From Selaginella moellendorffii (lineage: Eukaryota > Plantae > Lycopodiophyta), in contig NW_003314261.1 of assembly GCF_000143415.4 (NCBI RefSeq), positions 4,380,691 through 4,444,690 on the forward strand: a DNA stretch of 64,000 bases. Reading direction: 5' to 3'. How positions within the stretch are numbered: position 1 is the first letter of the stretch; every line of letters starts with the position of its first letter. Under the pieces are notes generated by a model. It had not been told where the DNA came from. It saw only the letters and a list, made by a program, of their open reading frames with translations, and did no database searches. Position numbers and translations under genes: made by a program. Shown here piece by piece: positions 63,414 through 64,000 of the stretch.

Positions 63414-64000
63414 ATGAAAATGAGGGGTTTTCAGAATGGCCTCATCTCCCTGACATTGCTCCTGCTGTCATTCTGCTTCCAGTGTCATGCCAATCGTCCT
63501 GTCTTCGCTCACTACATGCTCTACGCTCCTTCAGGTCCCGATAATCTGGATGGCTACAAGGCCGAGATTCAGTACGCCAAGTCCAAGGGGATTGATGCAT
63601 TTGCGCTCAACACAAATAGCTGGGAGGACGTGTACAAGACCCGCGCTGACGGGATCTACCAGGCTGCCGACGAGCTTGGCTTCAAAATCTTCTTCTCGCT
63701 CGACATGCACAGGGACAACACGCACCTCACTGCGGAGAATGTCAAAGAGATGATTACCCGCTACTCGAGCAGGGCCAGCCAGTACTCCTATAACGGTAAG
63801 CAGTTTGTATCTACTTGGCTCGGCAACGAGGACACTGTGTTTGATGGCTACTCCAACGCGCTTGAGGGCTGGAACAAGGCGGTGTTCGATCAGATTGGTG
63901 GACGTGACAAGTACTACTTTGTAACTTTCTTTCCAACCGGCGGTACCGAGCAGGAGGTGACCAGCATGATCAATAAGTTCAACTCGCTGATCGATGGTCT
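63414..64000 (+). CDS. Secreted glycoside hydrolase family 71 (alpha-1,3-glucanase/mutanase), 5' portion, open to the window edge
   Basis: Absent from the ORF track because there is no stop in the window. MKMRGFQNGLISLTLLLLSFCFQCHA (signal peptide), then VFAHYM, AKSKGIDAFALN, GFKIFFSLDM, YNGKQFVSTW: GH71 signatures. Intronless so far. Confidence 0.88.
   Translation, partial: MKMRGFQNGLISLTLLLLSFCFQCHANRPVFAHYMLYAPSGPDNLDGYKAEIQYAKSKGIDAFALNTNSWEDVYKTRADGIYQAADELGFKIFFSLDMHRDNTHLTAENVKEMITRYSSRASQYSYNGKQFVSTWLGNEDTVFDGYSNALEGWNKAVFDQIGGRDKYYFVTFFPTGGTEQEVTSMINKFNSLIDG

Overview
Eukaryotic, land-plant-type nuclear DNA. The ~45-60 bp introns, Tcn1-like chromovirus, LEA, PPR and F-box genes suggest a compact-genome seed-free plant such as Selaginella, but the host is an inference. 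Bases 1-46.5 kb are a nest of transposable elements: a decayed LTR element, a self-priming chromovirus, two copies of a non-coding LARD-type LTR element, a Helitron relic, a probable solo LTR and a 5S-bearing Cassandra TRIM. Bases 47-64 kb hold a damaged SAS10/UTP3 copy, LEA and PPR relics, a non-chromoviral Ty3/gypsy element, an intact 2OG-Fe(II) dioxygenase and a secreted GH71 alpha-1,3-glucanase that runs off the right edge. The most striking object is a complete 13.4-kb TIR DNA transposon (18228-31663; 24-bp TIRs, 4-bp TSD). It carries a Sola3-like DDD transposase and a divergently transcribed 10-intron gene for a ~1,640-aa protein with ParB/Srx-like, degenerate DNA-methyltransferase-like, acidic and FCP1/HAD-like regions. 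About 25 copies of a 22-bp palindrome (ATGGCRTG-N6-CAYGCCAT) are spread through the element, and I found none outside it. This is a candidate ParB/parS-like self-recognition system in a eukaryotic transposon; the function is inferred, not shown.
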